DNA of 64,000 nucleotides, from assembly GCA_963749655.1 (NCBI GenBank), contig CAVVOB010000028.1, forward strand, positions 277,069 through 341,068, given 5' to 3'. The translations under genes and the position numbers were made by a program. This DNA is from Nitrospirota bacterium. Lineage in GTDB: Bacteria; Nitrospirota; UBA9217. Within the stretch, counting starts at the first letter, position 1, and each line of letters starts with the position of its first letter. Positions 31,056 through 45,899 of the stretch are shown here, piece by piece. The notes beneath the pieces are model-generated. The model saw only the letters and a program-made list of their open reading frames with translations. It was not told the origin of the DNA and searched no databases.

Positions 31056-31571
31056 ATCGGTTTCCAGGATGACCCTGGCCAGCTCGCGCGCCGCATCCGT
31101 CTGAAGCCGCTTGAGCGAGAACTCAAGCCATTCATCTGCGTATTTATTTCCGAGGTCTTTGTATTCCTTCAGCGCCAGGATCATTTCCAGCTGGTCCGCG
31201 TCCCGCGCAAGCCGCGCCTCCTCAGTTTTTCCCTCGATGAATTCGTGGATCAGTTCCCTGATCTCGCTTCCGAAGGGAAGGGTCGCCGCAAGATCATCTA
31301 CTGCCTTCGACTCGTCTGCGTTCACGTATTTCTTGTTTACGTAATTCAGGTCCCCGGTCCTCGCTTCCGGAAGATCGTGGAACAGACAGAGCCTGATCAG
31401 ACGATCGACATTGATACCCTCTGCCAGTCTGCCGAGCGCATACCCGATGTACGTGGTCCTGAAGATGTGCTCCGCAACGGACTCGGCGCCGGTGCCGAGG
31501 AACTGAAATCCGCTCCGCGGGGTCCGCTTGAGCATGCCTGCTTCGAAAAGAAAGTTTGCGATGTTTTTCAT
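30996..31571 (-). CDS. HD-domain phosphohydrolase (YfbR/HDDC2-like)
   Basis: RSG..ESVAEH, HDLPEARTGD, DADQLE. Confidence 0.88.
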   Translation of the reverse strand: MKNIANFLFEAGMLKRTPRSGFQFLGTGAESVAEHIFRTTYIGYALGRLAEGINVDRLIRLCLFHDLPEARTGDLNYVNKKYVNADESKAVDDLAATLPFGSEIRELIHEFIEGKTEEARLARDADQLEMILALKEYKDLGNKYADEWLEFSLKRLQTDAARELARVILETDSSLWWFSDKGDWWVKGGKR

Positions 31572-31619
31572 GGCAGGTTCTTATACCACCTTTCCCGGAA
31601 CGTGTAAAGCTTCTCTCTC

Positions 31620-31911
31620 GTATTCTTAAAAAAAATTAGTTTTGCGATGGGGATATTCGATTTTGGGAGATTGTCTACAGGTTGCCCGGGGTAAGATCTA
31701 TTATTAAGATATATTAAATAAATTAGCAGTAGTAGTAGTAGGTGTTGTGAATATGTTGGGATGTCTTTTATCTGTTTGAAAGGCTGAAAAAAAAAGAACA
31801 GCGCAGAATGAGAAAGCGGATGTGAATGACTGAGGACTGCGCTGTTGATAACCATGGATGCGTGATGATTCACAGGTTGTTCCACGGCAACTCACAGCAG
31901 GCTGTGCATTA
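31620..31911. other. Probable replication origin (oriC)
   Basis: AT-rich 31695-31723, trios TAG CAG TAG TAG TAG TAG 31724-31741, DnaA-box-like 9-mers at 31746, 31821, 31843, 31866 and 31903. Confidence 0.78.
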
Positions 31912-32263
31912 TCCCGGAGGCCAGGAAAAACGGCGTCCGGACAGGATATGAAGATGAATATGGAACACTGTCTGGCCGGCACCGGAGCCGTTGTTGATGA
32001 CCATGCGGTAGCCTTTTTTGTCCAGGTCCTTTTCCGTCGCAATCTGTTTTGCCACCCAGAAGAGGTGTCCGATCAAGTTCCCGGTCCGACTCGGCAATGC
32101 TGTGAATTTCGGGGATGTGCTTTTTCGGCACGACGAGGATATGCACGGGCGCCTGGGGGTTCACGTCTTCAAAGGCCACCACGCTTTCGTCCTCGTAAAC
32201 GATCTTCGACGGGATCTTTTTTTCGATGATTTTGCAGAAGATGCAGACAGGATCAAGGCTCAT
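31909..32263 (-). CDS. hinT: Histidine triad nucleotide-binding protein, frameshift near 32080
   Basis: [18 protein letters not shown], then [15 protein letters not shown] in the other frame. Confidence 0.87.
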
Positions 32264-32601
32264 GGTTTTTCTCCCTGGCGGCCGGAAAAGCTCCGGAAGA
32301 AGCAGGACCGCGCGCCGGTGTGACAGGCGGGGCCGGTCTGATCGACTTTGATCAGGAGCGTATCCTGATCACAGTCATAGAGGATGTCCTTGACCCGCTG
32401 AACATGGCCCGAGGTCTCTCCCTTTTGCCAGAACTTCTGCCGGGAGCGGCTCCAGAACCAGGTGAGCCCGGTTTCAACGGTTCTTTTCAGTGATTCGGCG
32501 TTCATATACGCGACCATCAGGACCTCGCTGGATTGCCAGTCCTGGATGACCGCGGGAATGAGCCCCTTGTCGTCGAATTTGAGGTTGTCGGGTATCTTCA
32601 T
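32260..32601 (-). CDS. hisI: Phosphoribosyl-AMP cyclohydrolase
   Basis: FWSRSR..W.KGETSG, DCD.D, ACHTG..SCF. Confidence 0.95.
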   Translation of the reverse strand: MKIPDNLKFDDKGLIPAVIQDWQSSEVLMVAYMNAESLKRTVETGLTWFWSRSRQKFWQKGETSGHVQRVKDILYDCDQDTLLIKVDQTGPACHTGARSCFFRSFSGRQGEKP

Positions 32602-32660
32602 GAAAAACGTTTTAACATAAACGCCGCAAAATGTCCAGCGATCGGAGGCGGAAAAAAAGC

Positions 32661-32696
32661 AAAAAAAAACCGGTCTTCGGGAAGAGGACCGGTTTT
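32661..32696 (-). terminator. Intrinsic terminator after tusA-dsrE
   Basis: AAAACCGGTC..GACCGGTTTT stem with U-tract on the minus strand. Confidence 0.7.
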
Positions 32697-32720
32697 GCAT
32701 GATTGCTGTTTGAGTGAGGA

Positions 32721-33194
32721 CTAGATGAACAGGTTGATCTGTGAATCGGCAGCCACGTCCAGCCAGGTTGCAGCGCCGCCGAACTCAACGCCGTCAACAA
32801 TGTCCGACTGCTTGACGCCCATGACGTCCATGGTCATCTGGCAGGCGATGAGTTTTACTCCGCTTTCCTTGGCCATATCCAGGAGCTGGCCGATGGATGC
32901 CACGCCGTGCTTGTTGAACATGGATTTCATCATGGACGTTGCCATGGCCTCCATGCCCGGAAGCGAGCCGACCAGCGTGGGGATCGGCACCGGCATCGGC
33001 ATGGCGGGGTTTCCGATCGGGGAAATCTTCAGCTTGTCGGCATTGCCTTTCTTGATGATATCGAGGCCGAAGAACGTGAAAAAGATCGTTACGTCCACAT
33101 CCATGGCCGCGGCGGTTGTCGCCAGGATCAGGGGCGGATACGCCATGTCCAGCGAACCTTTTGACGCAATGATGGTCATCTTCTTATTTGCCAT
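32721..33194 (-). CDS. DsrE/DsrF/DrsH-like sulfur relay protein (DsrE2 type)
   Basis: [31 protein letters not shown]. Confidence 0.88.
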   Translation of the reverse strand: MANKKMTIIASKGSLDMAYPPLILATTAAAMDVDVTIFFTFFGLDIIKKGNADKLKISPIGNPAMPMPVPIPTLVGSLPGMEAMATSMMKSMFNKHGVASIGQLLDMAKESGVKLIACQMTMDVMGVKQSDIVDGVEFGGAATWLDVAADSQINLFI

Positions 33195-33211
33195 TGTGTT
33201 CTCCTTGGGGG

Positions 33212-33454
33212 TTAAGCCGTTTTCTTGATGAAGAACGTGAACGTTCCGGCACCTTCATCGACTTTGAGGATTTCGTTGCCTGTTCTTTTTGCCCACGACG
33301 CCATATCGTTTTTCGAGCCCGGGTCCGTCGTCTCGACCTTCAAAACCTGGTCTTTGGAAAGAGCCTCAACCGCTTTCTTGGTTTTCAAGATCGGGAGAGG
33401 GCAACTCAACCCCTTTGCGTCAAGAACCTGATCAAACTTTATATCTGCTGACAT
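33212..33454 (-). CDS. tusA: TusA-family sulfurtransferase
   Basis: LDAKGLSCPLP, TDPGS..D. Confidence 0.9.
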   Translation of the reverse strand: MSADIKFDQVLDAKGLSCPLPILKTKKAVEALSKDQVLKVETTDPGSKNDMASWAKRTGNEILKVDEGAGTFTFFIKKTA

Positions 33455-33518
33455 GTTTCACCTCCGCGAAAAATAATAAAAGACGACATACTTTCTTGTT
33501 CTAAGAAACACCTGTTTT

Positions 33519-33547
33519 ACTATACTGAGGTATAGTTGCAAAGTCAA
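33519..33547 (-). promoter_or_regulatory. Sigma-70 promoter with overlapping palindromic operator
   Basis: TTGACT-N17-TATAGT; palindrome ACTATAC-TGAG-GTATAGT at 33519-33536. Confidence 0.72.
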
Positions 33548-34014
33548 GCAATTTTTAAATCGTTTGCCGCACGACGTCATCCGCCTTTTTTAAAGCATAT
33601 CACGGATGGTAAACCCGATTATGGCGGTCTTCATCTGCAGAAAATGGGAACTGTGCCAGCCCTTTGATTGGGTAGAAAATGCCTCGACAAAATGGTCGAT
33701 GCTCTTGATGTTTCATTTTTATCCAAGATGTTGATATCGAGACAGATGTATGATTTCCAATCGAAAGCAACACGATAGCCGCTCTGTTTTGAAAGGGTTC
33801 CGGGAGACAGAAATGCCTTGCCAGAACGGGGCGGTTCTGGTATAGTTTGCCCTCGTCAGCTCTGGCTATCCAGTCAGAGCATAATTTTTTGCAAGATGTG
33901 TGCTAAGCCCGGTATTTCTGCAGCTCTCAAAATCACGCAAATATTGGGCAGAAAAAGCGGACAATTAGCCTCCTAGCGGACGCATAACCTTTCGAAAATA
34001 CAATTAAAATCCTA

Positions 34015-34034
34015 TTGTCCACAGGTGTGGATAA
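34015..34034. promoter_or_regulatory. Pair of DnaA boxes upstream of dnaA
   Basis: TTGTCCACA-GG-TGTGGATAA. Confidence 0.8.
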
Positions 34035-34081
34035 GCATGTTTGTAACCAGGGCCGTTTTTCGGGGTATTTTTGGGGTATCT

Positions 34082-35410
34082 ATGGATCAGGAAAAAGTCT
34101 GGGAAGAGATTCTGCTGCTCATAGAAAATCGAATGTCTAAGCAGGGTTACGACACCTGGTTTAGCCAATCGAAACTCCTGTCCATAGACGGCAACAGGTT
34201 GTTGATAGAAGTGCCCAGCAAGTTTCACCGGGACTGGATCAAGGAGCATCATTGGGGCACGCTGAGCGAAGTGATCAGCGAGGTGACCAAACGCAAGGAC
34301 GTGGAAATAGATTTTTTTGTCCAGCCCCAGCAGGCAAAAAAAACCGTCCGACACACCAAGGAAGAAAAGAAGGAAGGGCGGGAGGAGAAGATCGGTCTCT
34401 TCGAAAAAAAGTACACGTTCAACACCTTTGTTGTCGGACCGAGCAATCAGTTCGCGCACGCAGCGGCCAAAGCCGTTGCCGATGCTCCCGGCAGGGCCTA
34501 CAATCCGCTCTTCATTTACAGCGGCGTCGGACTCGGCAAGACCCATCTGGTCAATGCCATCGGCCACCACATCCAGAGCAGATCTCCCAGGACCAAGGTC
34601 GCCTATCTGTCGTCCGAACAATTCACCAACGAGCTCATCAACCGCATGAGCCATCAGCGGATGGAGGAGTTCCGCCAGAAGTACCGGAACATGGACATCC
34701 TGCTCATCGACGACATCCAGTTCATTGCCGGGAAGGAGCGGACGCAGGAGGAGTTTTTCCACACGTTCAACGCCCTGTACGAGGCGCAGAAACAGATCGT
34801 GCTGACCAGCGACCGGCAGCCCAAAGAAATACCCGATATCGAGGAGCGCCTCCGCTCGCGGTTCGAGTCCGGTCTCATCTCGGACATCCAGCCGCCCGAC
34901 CTGGAGACGCGAATCGCCATTCTGAAAAAGAAAGCGGACTTCTGGGGCATCCGCCTTCCCGACGACGTTGCCGAGTTCCTCGCCTCGATCATGAAAAGCA
35001 ACATCCGTGAACTCGAAGGCGGCCTGGTCAAGCTCGGTGCGGTCTCGTCTCTTACGAACACCGAGATCACCCAGGAACTTGCCAAGAACGAGTTGAAATA
35101 TCTGATCGACAGCAGGGAAAAAGTCATAACCAACGACCTGATCCAGAAGATCGTTGCGGAATCCTTCGGCGTGAAAATTTCCGATCTGAAGTCGAAACGC
35201 CGCACCAAGGCAGTCGTTCTGCCGCGACAGGTTGCCATGTATCTGTGCCGGAACCTCGCCAATTCCTCGCTTCCCGAGATAGGCAATTTCTTCGGCGGTA
35301 AGGACCACAGCACGGTAATCCACGCAGTGAAAGTCATCGAGGAAAAGAAAGAAAAGGACCCTGATCTGAGGGCCAGAATAGAGATGTTGATTAGGCAGAT
35401 AAAACATTGA
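34082..35410 (+). CDS. dnaA: Chromosomal replication initiator DnaA
   Basis: YNPLFIYSGVGLGKTHL, LLIDDIQF, DHSTVIHA. Confidence 0.98.
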   Translation: MDQEKVWEEILLLIENRMSKQGYDTWFSQSKLLSIDGNRLLIEVPSKFHRDWIKEHHWGTLSEVISEVTKRKDVEIDFFVQPQQAKKTVRHTKEEKKEGREEKIGLFEKKYTFNTFVVGPSNQFAHAAAKAVADAPGRAYNPLFIYSGVGLGKTHLVNAIGHHIQSRSPRTKVAYLSSEQFTNELINRMSHQRMEEFRQKYRNMDILLIDDIQFIAGKERTQEEFFHTFNALYEAQKQIVLTSDRQPKEIPDIEERLRSRFESGLISDIQPPDLETRIAILKKKADFWGIRLPDDVAEFLASIMKSNIRELEGGLVKLGAVSSLTNTEITQELAKNELKYLIDSREKVITNDLIQKIVAESFGVKISDLKSKRRTKAVVLPRQVAMYLCRNLANSSLPEIGNFFGGKDHSTVIHAVKVIEEKKEKDPDLRARIEMLIRQIKH

Positions 35411-35496
35411 AAGTAAAAACAAAAATACCAAAACTTTTTATTGCTATTTCGTAGGGATTCTGATACTATTCGGGATGTGACAGGAGGCTTCCCTAG

Positions 35497-36612
35497 ATGA
35501 AATTGAAAATCCGGAAAGAGGAAATCCTGAAAGGGTTGCAGAGGATCCAGGGCGTTGTGGAAAAGAAAAACACCATGCCCATTCTCTCCAATATGCTTCT
35601 GACTGCCGAGGGGTCGAGCATCGAGATCATCGCCACCGACCTCGAAATCGGTCTGCGCGGCCGCTACGCCGCCGAAGTGGAAAAACCCGGTTCCGTCACG
35701 GTATCCGCAAAAAAAATGTACGAGATCGTGCGGGAGCTTCCGGCTGACGAGGTGCAGATCTCGGTTGAGGATGCGAACTGGGTCCGGATCGTCTCCGGGC
35801 AATCACAGTTCAAGCTCGTCGGGTTGCCGAAGGATGAATATCCCGCCCTGCCCGATGTTGCAGAAGAGGGGATGATCGTCATCGACGGCAACACTCTTCG
35901 GGACATGATCAAAAAAACGCTCTATTCCGTGGGAGAAAACGATGCACGGTATGTGCTGAACGGCCTGTTCATCCACATGACCCAGACCAAGGACGGCCTG
36001 AATATCCGCATGGTCGGCACCGACGGTCACCGGCTTTCCATGATCGACCAGGTCGTCGATGCCAAGCACAAGGAAGAGAGCCTGATCATTCCCAAGAAGG
36101 CGATGTTGGAACTCCGCCGTCTCCTTGAGGAGGATGCTCCCCAGGCGGAGCTTCGGCTGGGCTTCAGCAAGAACCACGCGCTTTTCAAGCGCGACGGCCT
36201 TGTCATGGTTTCGAAGCTTATCGACGGGAACTACCCGAACTACCTCCAGGTCGTTCCCACCAAGAGTACAAAAAAGGTCACGATCTCCAAAGAAATGTTT
36301 ACTCACGCAGTGAAGCGCGTGTCGATCCTGTCCAAGGAAAAAACGAATGCCGTCAAAGTGCAGCTGGAAAAGGACCGCCTTGTTCTCTCGACGAACAATC
36401 CGGAAGTGGGGGAGGCGAGCGAAGAGCTCGCCGTGGATTACCGGGGGGAAGCCATCGCCATCGGATTCAATTCCCGCTACCTCATGGACGTGCTGACGGC
36501 GCTTGACCGGGAAACAATCGCACTTGAGCTTAGCGACCCTCTGAGCCCGTGCCTCATCACGGAGGATGGAAACGCGAGTTACAAGTGTGTGGTCATGCCC
36601 ATGAGGGTGTAA
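35497..36612 (+). CDS. dnaN: DNA polymerase III beta clamp
   Basis: ATDLEI, TDGHRL, GNYPNY, VVMPMR. Confidence 0.98.
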   Translation: MKLKIRKEEILKGLQRIQGVVEKKNTMPILSNMLLTAEGSSIEIIATDLEIGLRGRYAAEVEKPGSVTVSAKKMYEIVRELPADEVQISVEDANWVRIVSGQSQFKLVGLPKDEYPALPDVAEEGMIVIDGNTLRDMIKKTLYSVGENDARYVLNGLFIHMTQTKDGLNIRMVGTDGHRLSMIDQVVDAKHKEESLIIPKKAMLELRRLLEEDAPQAELRLGFSKNHALFKRDGLVMVSKLIDGNYPNYLQVVPTKSTKKVTISKEMFTHAVKRVSILSKEKTNAVKVQLEKDRLVLSTNNPEVGEASEELAVDYRGEAIAIGFNSRYLMDVLTALDRETIALELSDPLSPCLITEDGNASYKCVVMPMRV

Positions 36613-36767
36613 GAAGTCAATCTCGAACTTCTAAGCTCGAAATCCTAAAGATGAACAAGGGGGCCGATCGCTTGTCCGTTTAGAATTTCGAGATTCGGGT
36701 TTAGAACTTGCTGTGTTGACGAGGGATTGATCCGCTGCGGACAAATCCCTCTTTTTGCGAGGAGTGA

Positions 36768-39170
<2,403 letters not shown>

Positions 39171-39282
39171 ATAAAATGCGGATTTCGGAATTCCCGCGCA
39201 CTCCGTGCACCCGCACTCGTAAACGCTGGGGACAGGTCGGAGTGCGGAATAAAACCAAAACCGCAGAAAGAAAAAGAGCTAG

Positions 39283-41775
39283 ATGGAACCCCAAGAAATA
39301 AAATCACAGATCAATATCGAGCAGGAGATGAAGACCTCCTATCTCGACTACTCCATGAGCGTGATCGTGGGACGCGCGCTTCCGGACGTGCGGGACGGTT
39401 TGAAGCCCGTTCACCGCAGGATTCTCTATGCCATGTTCCGTGAAGGCCTCGTGCACAACAAGAAGTACTCCAAGAGCGCGGGCGTCGTCGGGGAAGTGCT
39501 GAAGAAGTATCATCCCCACGGAGACAGCGCCGTGTACGATACGATGGTGCGCATGGCCCAGGATTTCAACATGCGCTATCCCCTGGTCGACGGGCAGGGC
39601 AACTTCGGCTCCGTTGACGGCGACCCGGCTGCTGCGTACCGGTATACCGAGGCGAGGCTCACGAAACTGGCCGAGGAAATGCTCGCCGACATCGACAAGG
39701 AGACCGTGGATTTCACCCCGAACTTTGATGATACCACGGTCGAGCCCTCCGTCCTCCCCACGCGCGTGCCGAACCTCCTGATTAACGGCTCGGCGGGCAT
39801 TGCCGTGGGCATGGCCACGAACATTCCGCCGCACAATCTGTCGGAAGTGGTCGAGGGGCTTGTCATGATGATCGACAACCCCGAGGTCTCGATCCCGGAC
39901 CTGATGACGGTCATAAAGGGCCCGGACTTTCCCACTGCCGGGTTCATCCACGGATACGAAGGCATCAAGCAGGCCTATATGACCGGCCGCGGCATCATCC
40001 AGATGCGCGCCCGGGCCACGATCGAGGAGGGCAAAGGGGACCGCGAAAGCATCGTGGTGACCGAACTGCCCTATCAGGTGAACAAGGCCAGGCTGCTCGA
40101 ACGGATCGCCGAACTCGTCCAGGAAAAAAAGATCAACGGCATATCGGAGATCCGCGACGAGTCCGACCGCGAAGGCATGCGCGTTGTGATCGACCTCAAG
40201 AAGGGCGAGATCACGAACGTTATCCTGAACCAGCTCTTCAAACACACGGCCATGCAGTCCACCTTCGGCGTGATCATGCTTGCGCTGGTGAACAACCAGC
40301 CCCGGGTGCTGAACCTCAAGAAGCTCCTGTCCAATTTCATCCAGCACCGCCGGGAAGTCGTGATCCGCAGAACGAAGTACGATCTCAAGAAGGCCGAGGA
40401 GCGCGCCCATATTCTTCTGGGCCTCAAAATAGCGCTCGATAATCTCGATGCCGTGATCGCCCTCATCAAGGCCTCGGCGAATCCCGACGAAGCCAAGACA
40501 GGCCTTGTCCGTGAGTTCAAGCTGTCTGAAATCCAGGCCCAGGCTATTCTCGAGATGCGGCTGCAGCGGCTCACGGGGCTGGAGCGCGACAAGATCATTG
40601 CCGAGTACGAGGAAACGCTCAAGGAGATCGCCCGGTTGAGCGAGATTCTGGCGTCCGATGCGCTGGTGATGAAGATCATCAAGGACGAACTGCTGGCGCT
40701 CAAGGCCGAGTACGGCGACCCGCGCCGGACCGAGATCATTGCGGAAACGAGCGAGATCGACATCGAGGACCTGATCAAGGACGAAGAGATGGTGATCACC
40801 ATCTCCCATGCCGGGTATATCAAGCGGAACGTCCTCACGACCTACCGGGCGCAGAAACGCGGCGGCAAGGGCAAGATCGGCATGGAGACCAAGGAAGAGG
40901 ATTTCGTAGAGCGGCTCTTTACGGCCACGACCCACAGTTATATCCTCTTCTTCACGAATAAGGGCCGCGTCTACTGGCTCAAGGTCCACCAGATCCCCGA
41001 GGCCAGCCGACAGGCCAAGGGAAAAGCCATTGTAAACCTCATCCAGATCGGCCAGGAGGAACGGGTCACGGCCGCGCTCCCGGTCCGCGAGTTTACTCCC
41101 GGCCACTTTATCCTCATGGCGACCAAGAAGGGCATCATCAAGAAAACGGAGCTCGAGTCCTACAGCCATCCGCGGCCCTCGGGCATTATCGCGATCACCC
41201 TGGAGGAAGGCGACGAGCTTATCTCCAGCGAGGTGACCGACGGCAAGTGCGACGTGTTCCTGGGTACCCGGGACGGCCTGTCGATCCGGTTCTCCGAGAC
41301 CGATGTCCGGGAGATCGGGCGAACGGGCAAGGGCGTCATCGGCATCAGGCTCGACGAAGGCAATGAGGTTGTGGGCATGGAGATCGTACGCGACGACTCC
41401 ACGATCCTGACGGTGACCGAGAACGGCTACGGCAAGCGGAGCACGCTCGAAGATTACCGGAGCCAGGGCAGGGGCGGCAAGGGCATCATCACCATCAAGA
41501 TCACCGAGAAGAACGGCCGGGTGACCGGCATGGCCCAGGTGTCCGAAGAGGACGAGATCATTCTGATCACCGGCAACGGAAAGGTCCTGCGAATCCGGGC
41601 GAAGGACATCTCGGTGCAGGGCCGCAATACGCAGGGCGTGCGTCTCTTTGACATCGAAGAGAGCGACAAGGTCGTCAGTTTCGCCAAGGTGGCGGAGCGC
41701 GAAGATGAGAAAGAAGCCGCGTCCGACAAGAGCGCCCCCGGGCCGGCCGCAGCCAAGGACAGCAACGGATCATGA
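39283..41775 (+). CDS. gyrA: DNA gyrase subunit A
   Basis: KYHPHGD, AAYRYTE, GyrA-box QKRGGKG. Confidence 0.98.
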   Translation: MEPQEIKSQINIEQEMKTSYLDYSMSVIVGRALPDVRDGLKPVHRRILYAMFREGLVHNKKYSKSAGVVGEVLKKYHPHGDSAVYDTMVRMAQDFNMRYPLVDGQGNFGSVDGDPAAAYRYTEARLTKLAEEMLADIDKETVDFTPNFDDTTVEPSVLPTRVPNLLINGSAGIAVGMATNIPPHNLSEVVEGLVMMIDNPEVSIPDLMTVIKGPDFPTAGFIHGYEGIKQAYMTGRGIIQMRARATIEEGKGDRESIVVTELPYQVNKARLLERIAELVQEKKINGISEIRDESDREGMRVVIDLKKGEITNVILNQLFKHTAMQSTFGVIMLALVNNQPRVLNLKKLLSNFIQHRREVVIRRTKYDLKKAEERAHILLGLKIALDNLDAVIALIKASANPDEAKTGLVREFKLSEIQAQAILEMRLQRLTGLERDKIIAEYEETLKEIARLSEILASDALVMKIIKDELLALKAEYGDPRRTEIIAETSEIDIEDLIKDEEMVITISHAGYIKRNVLTTYRAQKRGGKGKIGMETKEEDFVERLFTATTHSYILFFTNKGRVYWLKVHQIPEASRQAKGKAIVNLIQIGQEERVTAALPVREFTPGHFILMATKKGIIKKTELESYSHPRPSGIIAITLEEGDELISSEVTDGKCDVFLGTRDGLSIRFSETDVREIGRTGKGVIGIRLDEGNEVVGMEIVRDDSTILTVTENGYGKRSTLEDYRSQGRGGKGIITIKITEKNGRVTGMAQVSEEDEIILITGNGKVLRIRAKDISVQGRNTQGVRLFDIEESDKVVSFAKVAEREDEKEAASDKSAPGPAAAKDSNGS

Positions 41776-42566
41776 AGAGGATACTCACATCGCTCCTGAT
41801 CGGAACGCTTCTCGTTCTGGCCGGGTGTGAGGTGTTTGACAAGGCAGCCGGCAACGAATACGAAGCAGCGATGAAACGGTGGAACGCCGGCGACTACCAG
41901 GTCGCGGTCAAGCAGTTCTTCGATCTGGTGAAGGAGCACCCCTCCAGTCCGAAAGCCGATGATGCGCTCTACTGGGCGGGAGTCACGCAGTTTCTGTATC
42001 TCGGCGAGACAGACAAGGCGCTCCAGACGCTTCGGCTCTTGCTCAAGACCTACCCGCGTCGCGACATGGCGCCTCAGGCACAGTGGTACATCGCCCAGAT
42101 CTACGAGCTGGGATACAGTGATTACGAGCGGGCGATCGAGGAATACCGCAAGGCATCTACCTACGCGAACCGCGAGGTCCGGGAAAAGAGCCTGTACAGC
42201 GTTGCCGAATGCCTGTTTCGCGTCGGACGGATAGAAGAGGCGAGCAACACTTGGCTGCGCCAGATCACGGAATTCCCGAACGGGACGCAGTCGCGACTGG
42301 CGTATTTTCGCCTCGGAACCGCGGCCTTTTCAAAAGGCGACCTAGATCTTTCGGAGCAGTATTACCGCAAGGCACTGGAGCAGAATCCGGACCGGGAACT
42401 CGTGATCAAGGCGAAGTTCGCTCTCGCCGAATGCCTGGAGCTGGGGGACAACCAGAAGGAAGCGCTTGCGCTGTACCGCGAGCTTGAGCCCGTTTATCCC
42501 AATCCTGAAGCCATTCAGATAAAGATCAAGGCGCTCGAGGCGAGGATCCTCAAGAAAAGCTATTGA
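41772..42566 (+). CDS. Tetratricopeptide-repeat lipoprotein (BamD/CpoB-like)
   Basis: Lipobox LAGC; repeated TPR helices. Confidence 0.82.
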   Translation: MKRILTSLLIGTLLVLAGCEVFDKAAGNEYEAAMKRWNAGDYQVAVKQFFDLVKEHPSSPKADDALYWAGVTQFLYLGETDKALQTLRLLLKTYPRRDMAPQAQWYIAQIYELGYSDYERAIEEYRKASTYANREVREKSLYSVAECLFRVGRIEEASNTWLRQITEFPNGTQSRLAYFRLGTAAFSKGDLDLSEQYYRKALEQNPDRELVIKAKFALAECLELGDNQKEALALYRELEPVYPNPEAIQIKIKALEARILKKSY

Positions 42567-43895
<1,329 letters not shown>

Positions 43896-43962
43896 TTGCG
43901 GATTTCGGATTGCGGAATGCGGATTCATAAATCCAAAATCTACAATTCGCAATCTACAATTT
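43896..43962. repeat. Heptamer inverted arrays (GCGGATT..AATCCGC type); also 44060-44126, 45740-45806, 45908-45985, 48308-48375, 49078-49145, 15552-15583
   Basis: Three or four tandem 7-mers followed by their reverse complements in intergenic gaps. Confidence 0.8.
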
Positions 43963-43967
43963 CATAC

Positions 43968-44053
<86 letters not shown>

Positions 44054-44135
44054 TATATATAATTGTGAATTTCGAATTGCGGATTGCATAATTAGGAATC
44101 CGAAATTCGAAATCTACAATCCGCAAGTGAAGCAC

Positions 44136-44225
44136 GGAGAGGTGGCCGAGAGGCTGAAGGCAGCTGCCTGCTAAGCAGTTGTGGGGGTAACCTCACCCCG
44201 GGTTCGAATCCCGGCCTCTCCGCCA
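44136..44225 (+). tRNA. tRNA-Ser(GCT)
   Basis: Cloverleaf, GCT anticodon, long variable arm, CCA. Confidence 0.95.
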
Positions 44226-44328
44226 TTTTGTAAACAAAGGGCCGCGAAACGACGACGATCGCATACAGGAAGCGTCCTTATTCGCAGAACACCAGACAGG
44301 CATCATATTCTCAAGGAGGGGTATCCAA

Positions 44329-44841
44329 ATGCTGAAGAAGATGGCAGTAGCGGTTATGGTTCTCGTTCTCGCCGGTTCTTTCGGGGCCTGCAAAAAGAAA
44401 GAAGAAAAGCCCCAGCTTCCTCCCGGCCATCCGCCAATGGAAGGCGGCATGCCGCCCCAAGGAATGCCGGAAGGACCCAAGGTTGATCGTCAGGTTGTAG
44501 TCCCGAAAAGCGTAGCAGCCAAGTTCAAAGCGGTAAAGCTCATGATCTCAGACAAAGCAGCCAAGACCTCCAAGGAGGTCACGGTCAACATCGGGTCCGA
44601 GGTGGCCGTGCCGAATTCAAAGATTAAAGTAAAAGTGCTGGCCTTCCTTCCGGATTTCCGGATGGGCGACAAGGACATCACATCGGCGTCCGACAAACCG
44701 AACAACCCTGCGGCCCAGATTGAAGTGACGGAGACGGGCAAACCGGAATGGAAAGGCTGGGTGTATTCACTCCATCCTGATGTTCACCCCTTCACGCACG
44801 AGAAGTATGCCATTACGCTGGTCGCCGGCGTCTCGAAGTAA
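44329..44841 (+). CDS. Lipoprotein (DUF2155-like)
   Basis: Lipobox FGAC, LPPGHPP, NNPAA, GW.Y..HP..HP. Confidence 0.7.
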   Translation: MLKKMAVAVMVLVLAGSFGACKKKEEKPQLPPGHPPMEGGMPPQGMPEGPKVDRQVVVPKSVAAKFKAVKLMISDKAAKTSKEVTVNIGSEVAVPNSKIKVKVLAFLPDFRMGDKDITSASDKPNNPAAQIEVTETGKPEWKGWVYSLHPDVHPFTHEKYAITLVAGVSK

Positions 44842-44915
44842 ACTGCTTCGGGCTCCCGCAGATGTGCTATACATTGGGCACAGATGCAAGTTGATTGCAT
44901 CTGTGCACTTTATTT

Positions 44916-44992
44916 GCGCCCATAGCTCAGTTGGATAGAGCGACGGACTACGAATCCGTAGGCCAGAGGTTCGAATCCTCTTGGGCGCACCA
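44916..44992 (+). tRNA. tRNA-Arg(ACG)
   Basis: GCGCCCA acceptor stem, ACG anticodon, GTTCGAATC, CCA. Confidence 0.96.
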
Positions 44993-45104
44993 CTTTTGAG
45001 CAGGAAGACAGGCATCGACAGCGGATTGCAGGGTTTCGCGGAAGAGAACCTCTGGCCAGGGGTGTCCCTGGCATTAATGAGCAACAGAAACATTCGCAGG
45101 CGCG

Positions 45105-45587
45105 ATGAATCAAGATGAAGCATTTATGCGTCTGGCGCTCGCCGAAGCGGAAAAGGCGGCTTTGGCCGGAGAGACGCCGGTAGGAGCGGTACTTACCGTC
45201 GGTGACATTGTTATCGCCGCAGCGCACAACATGCGCGAGACGTGGCAGGACCCTGCTGCCCACGCGGAGCTGCTGGTAATTCGAGAAGCGTCCGTACGGC
45301 TCGGCAGGTGGAGGCTTCAGGACGCCACGGTGTACGTAACGCTGGAACCCTGTCTCATGTGCGCCGGGGCCCTGGTGCTTGCCCGGGTGAACAGGCTGGT
45401 CTATGGCTGCCGGGATTCCAAAGCAGGCGCGCTCGGCTCTGTGTATGATGTGGTTCGGGATGGCAGGCTGAATCATACTTACCGCATCACGCCGGGGGTG
45501 CTCGAGGCCGACTGCAGGGAGGTCCTCCGGAGGTTTTTCGAACGACTGAGGGAAAAGCCTCACGAGCCACGAGGGATGAAGGTGTAA
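45105..45587 (+). CDS. tadA: tRNA adenosine(34) deaminase
   Basis: PVGA, HAE, TLEPCLMC. Confidence 0.95.
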   Translation: MNQDEAFMRLALAEAEKAALAGETPVGAVLTVGDIVIAAAHNMRETWQDPAAHAELLVIREASVRLGRWRLQDATVYVTLEPCLMCAGALVLARVNRLVYGCRDSKAGALGSVYDVVRDGRLNHTYRITPGVLEADCREVLRRFFERLREKPHEPRGMKV

Positions 45588-45636
45588 TTCATCAAAGGAC
45601 AACGTTCATCCGGCGATCAGGAGCATGACAGCATCC

Positions 45637-45726
45637 GGAGAGGTGGCCGAGTGGCTGAAGGCGGCAGTCTCGAAAACTGTTGTGGGGGTAACTCCACCGG
45701 GGGTTCAAATCCCCCCCTCTCCGCCA
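45637..45726 (+). tRNA. tRNA-Ser(CGA)
   Basis: Cloverleaf, CGA anticodon, long variable arm, CCA. Confidence 0.95.
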
Positions 45727-45811
45727 TATATAATAAAATTTGCGAATTTGAATTGCGAATTAAGACCTGAAGTCAATCCGCAATCCGAAATCTACAATCT
45801 GAAATTGATCC

Positions 45812-45899
45812 GGAGAGGTGGCCGAGCGGCTGAAGGCGCACGCTTGGAAAGCGTGTTTAGGGAAACCTAACGTGGGTTCGAACCCCACCCTCTCCGCCA
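45812..45899 (+). tRNA. tRNA-Ser(GGA)
   Basis: Cloverleaf, GGA anticodon, long variable arm, CCA. Confidence 0.95.

Noticed and set aside
36613-36767. Absence of recF between dnaN and gyrB
   Set aside because: Common lineage-level variation; not informative alone
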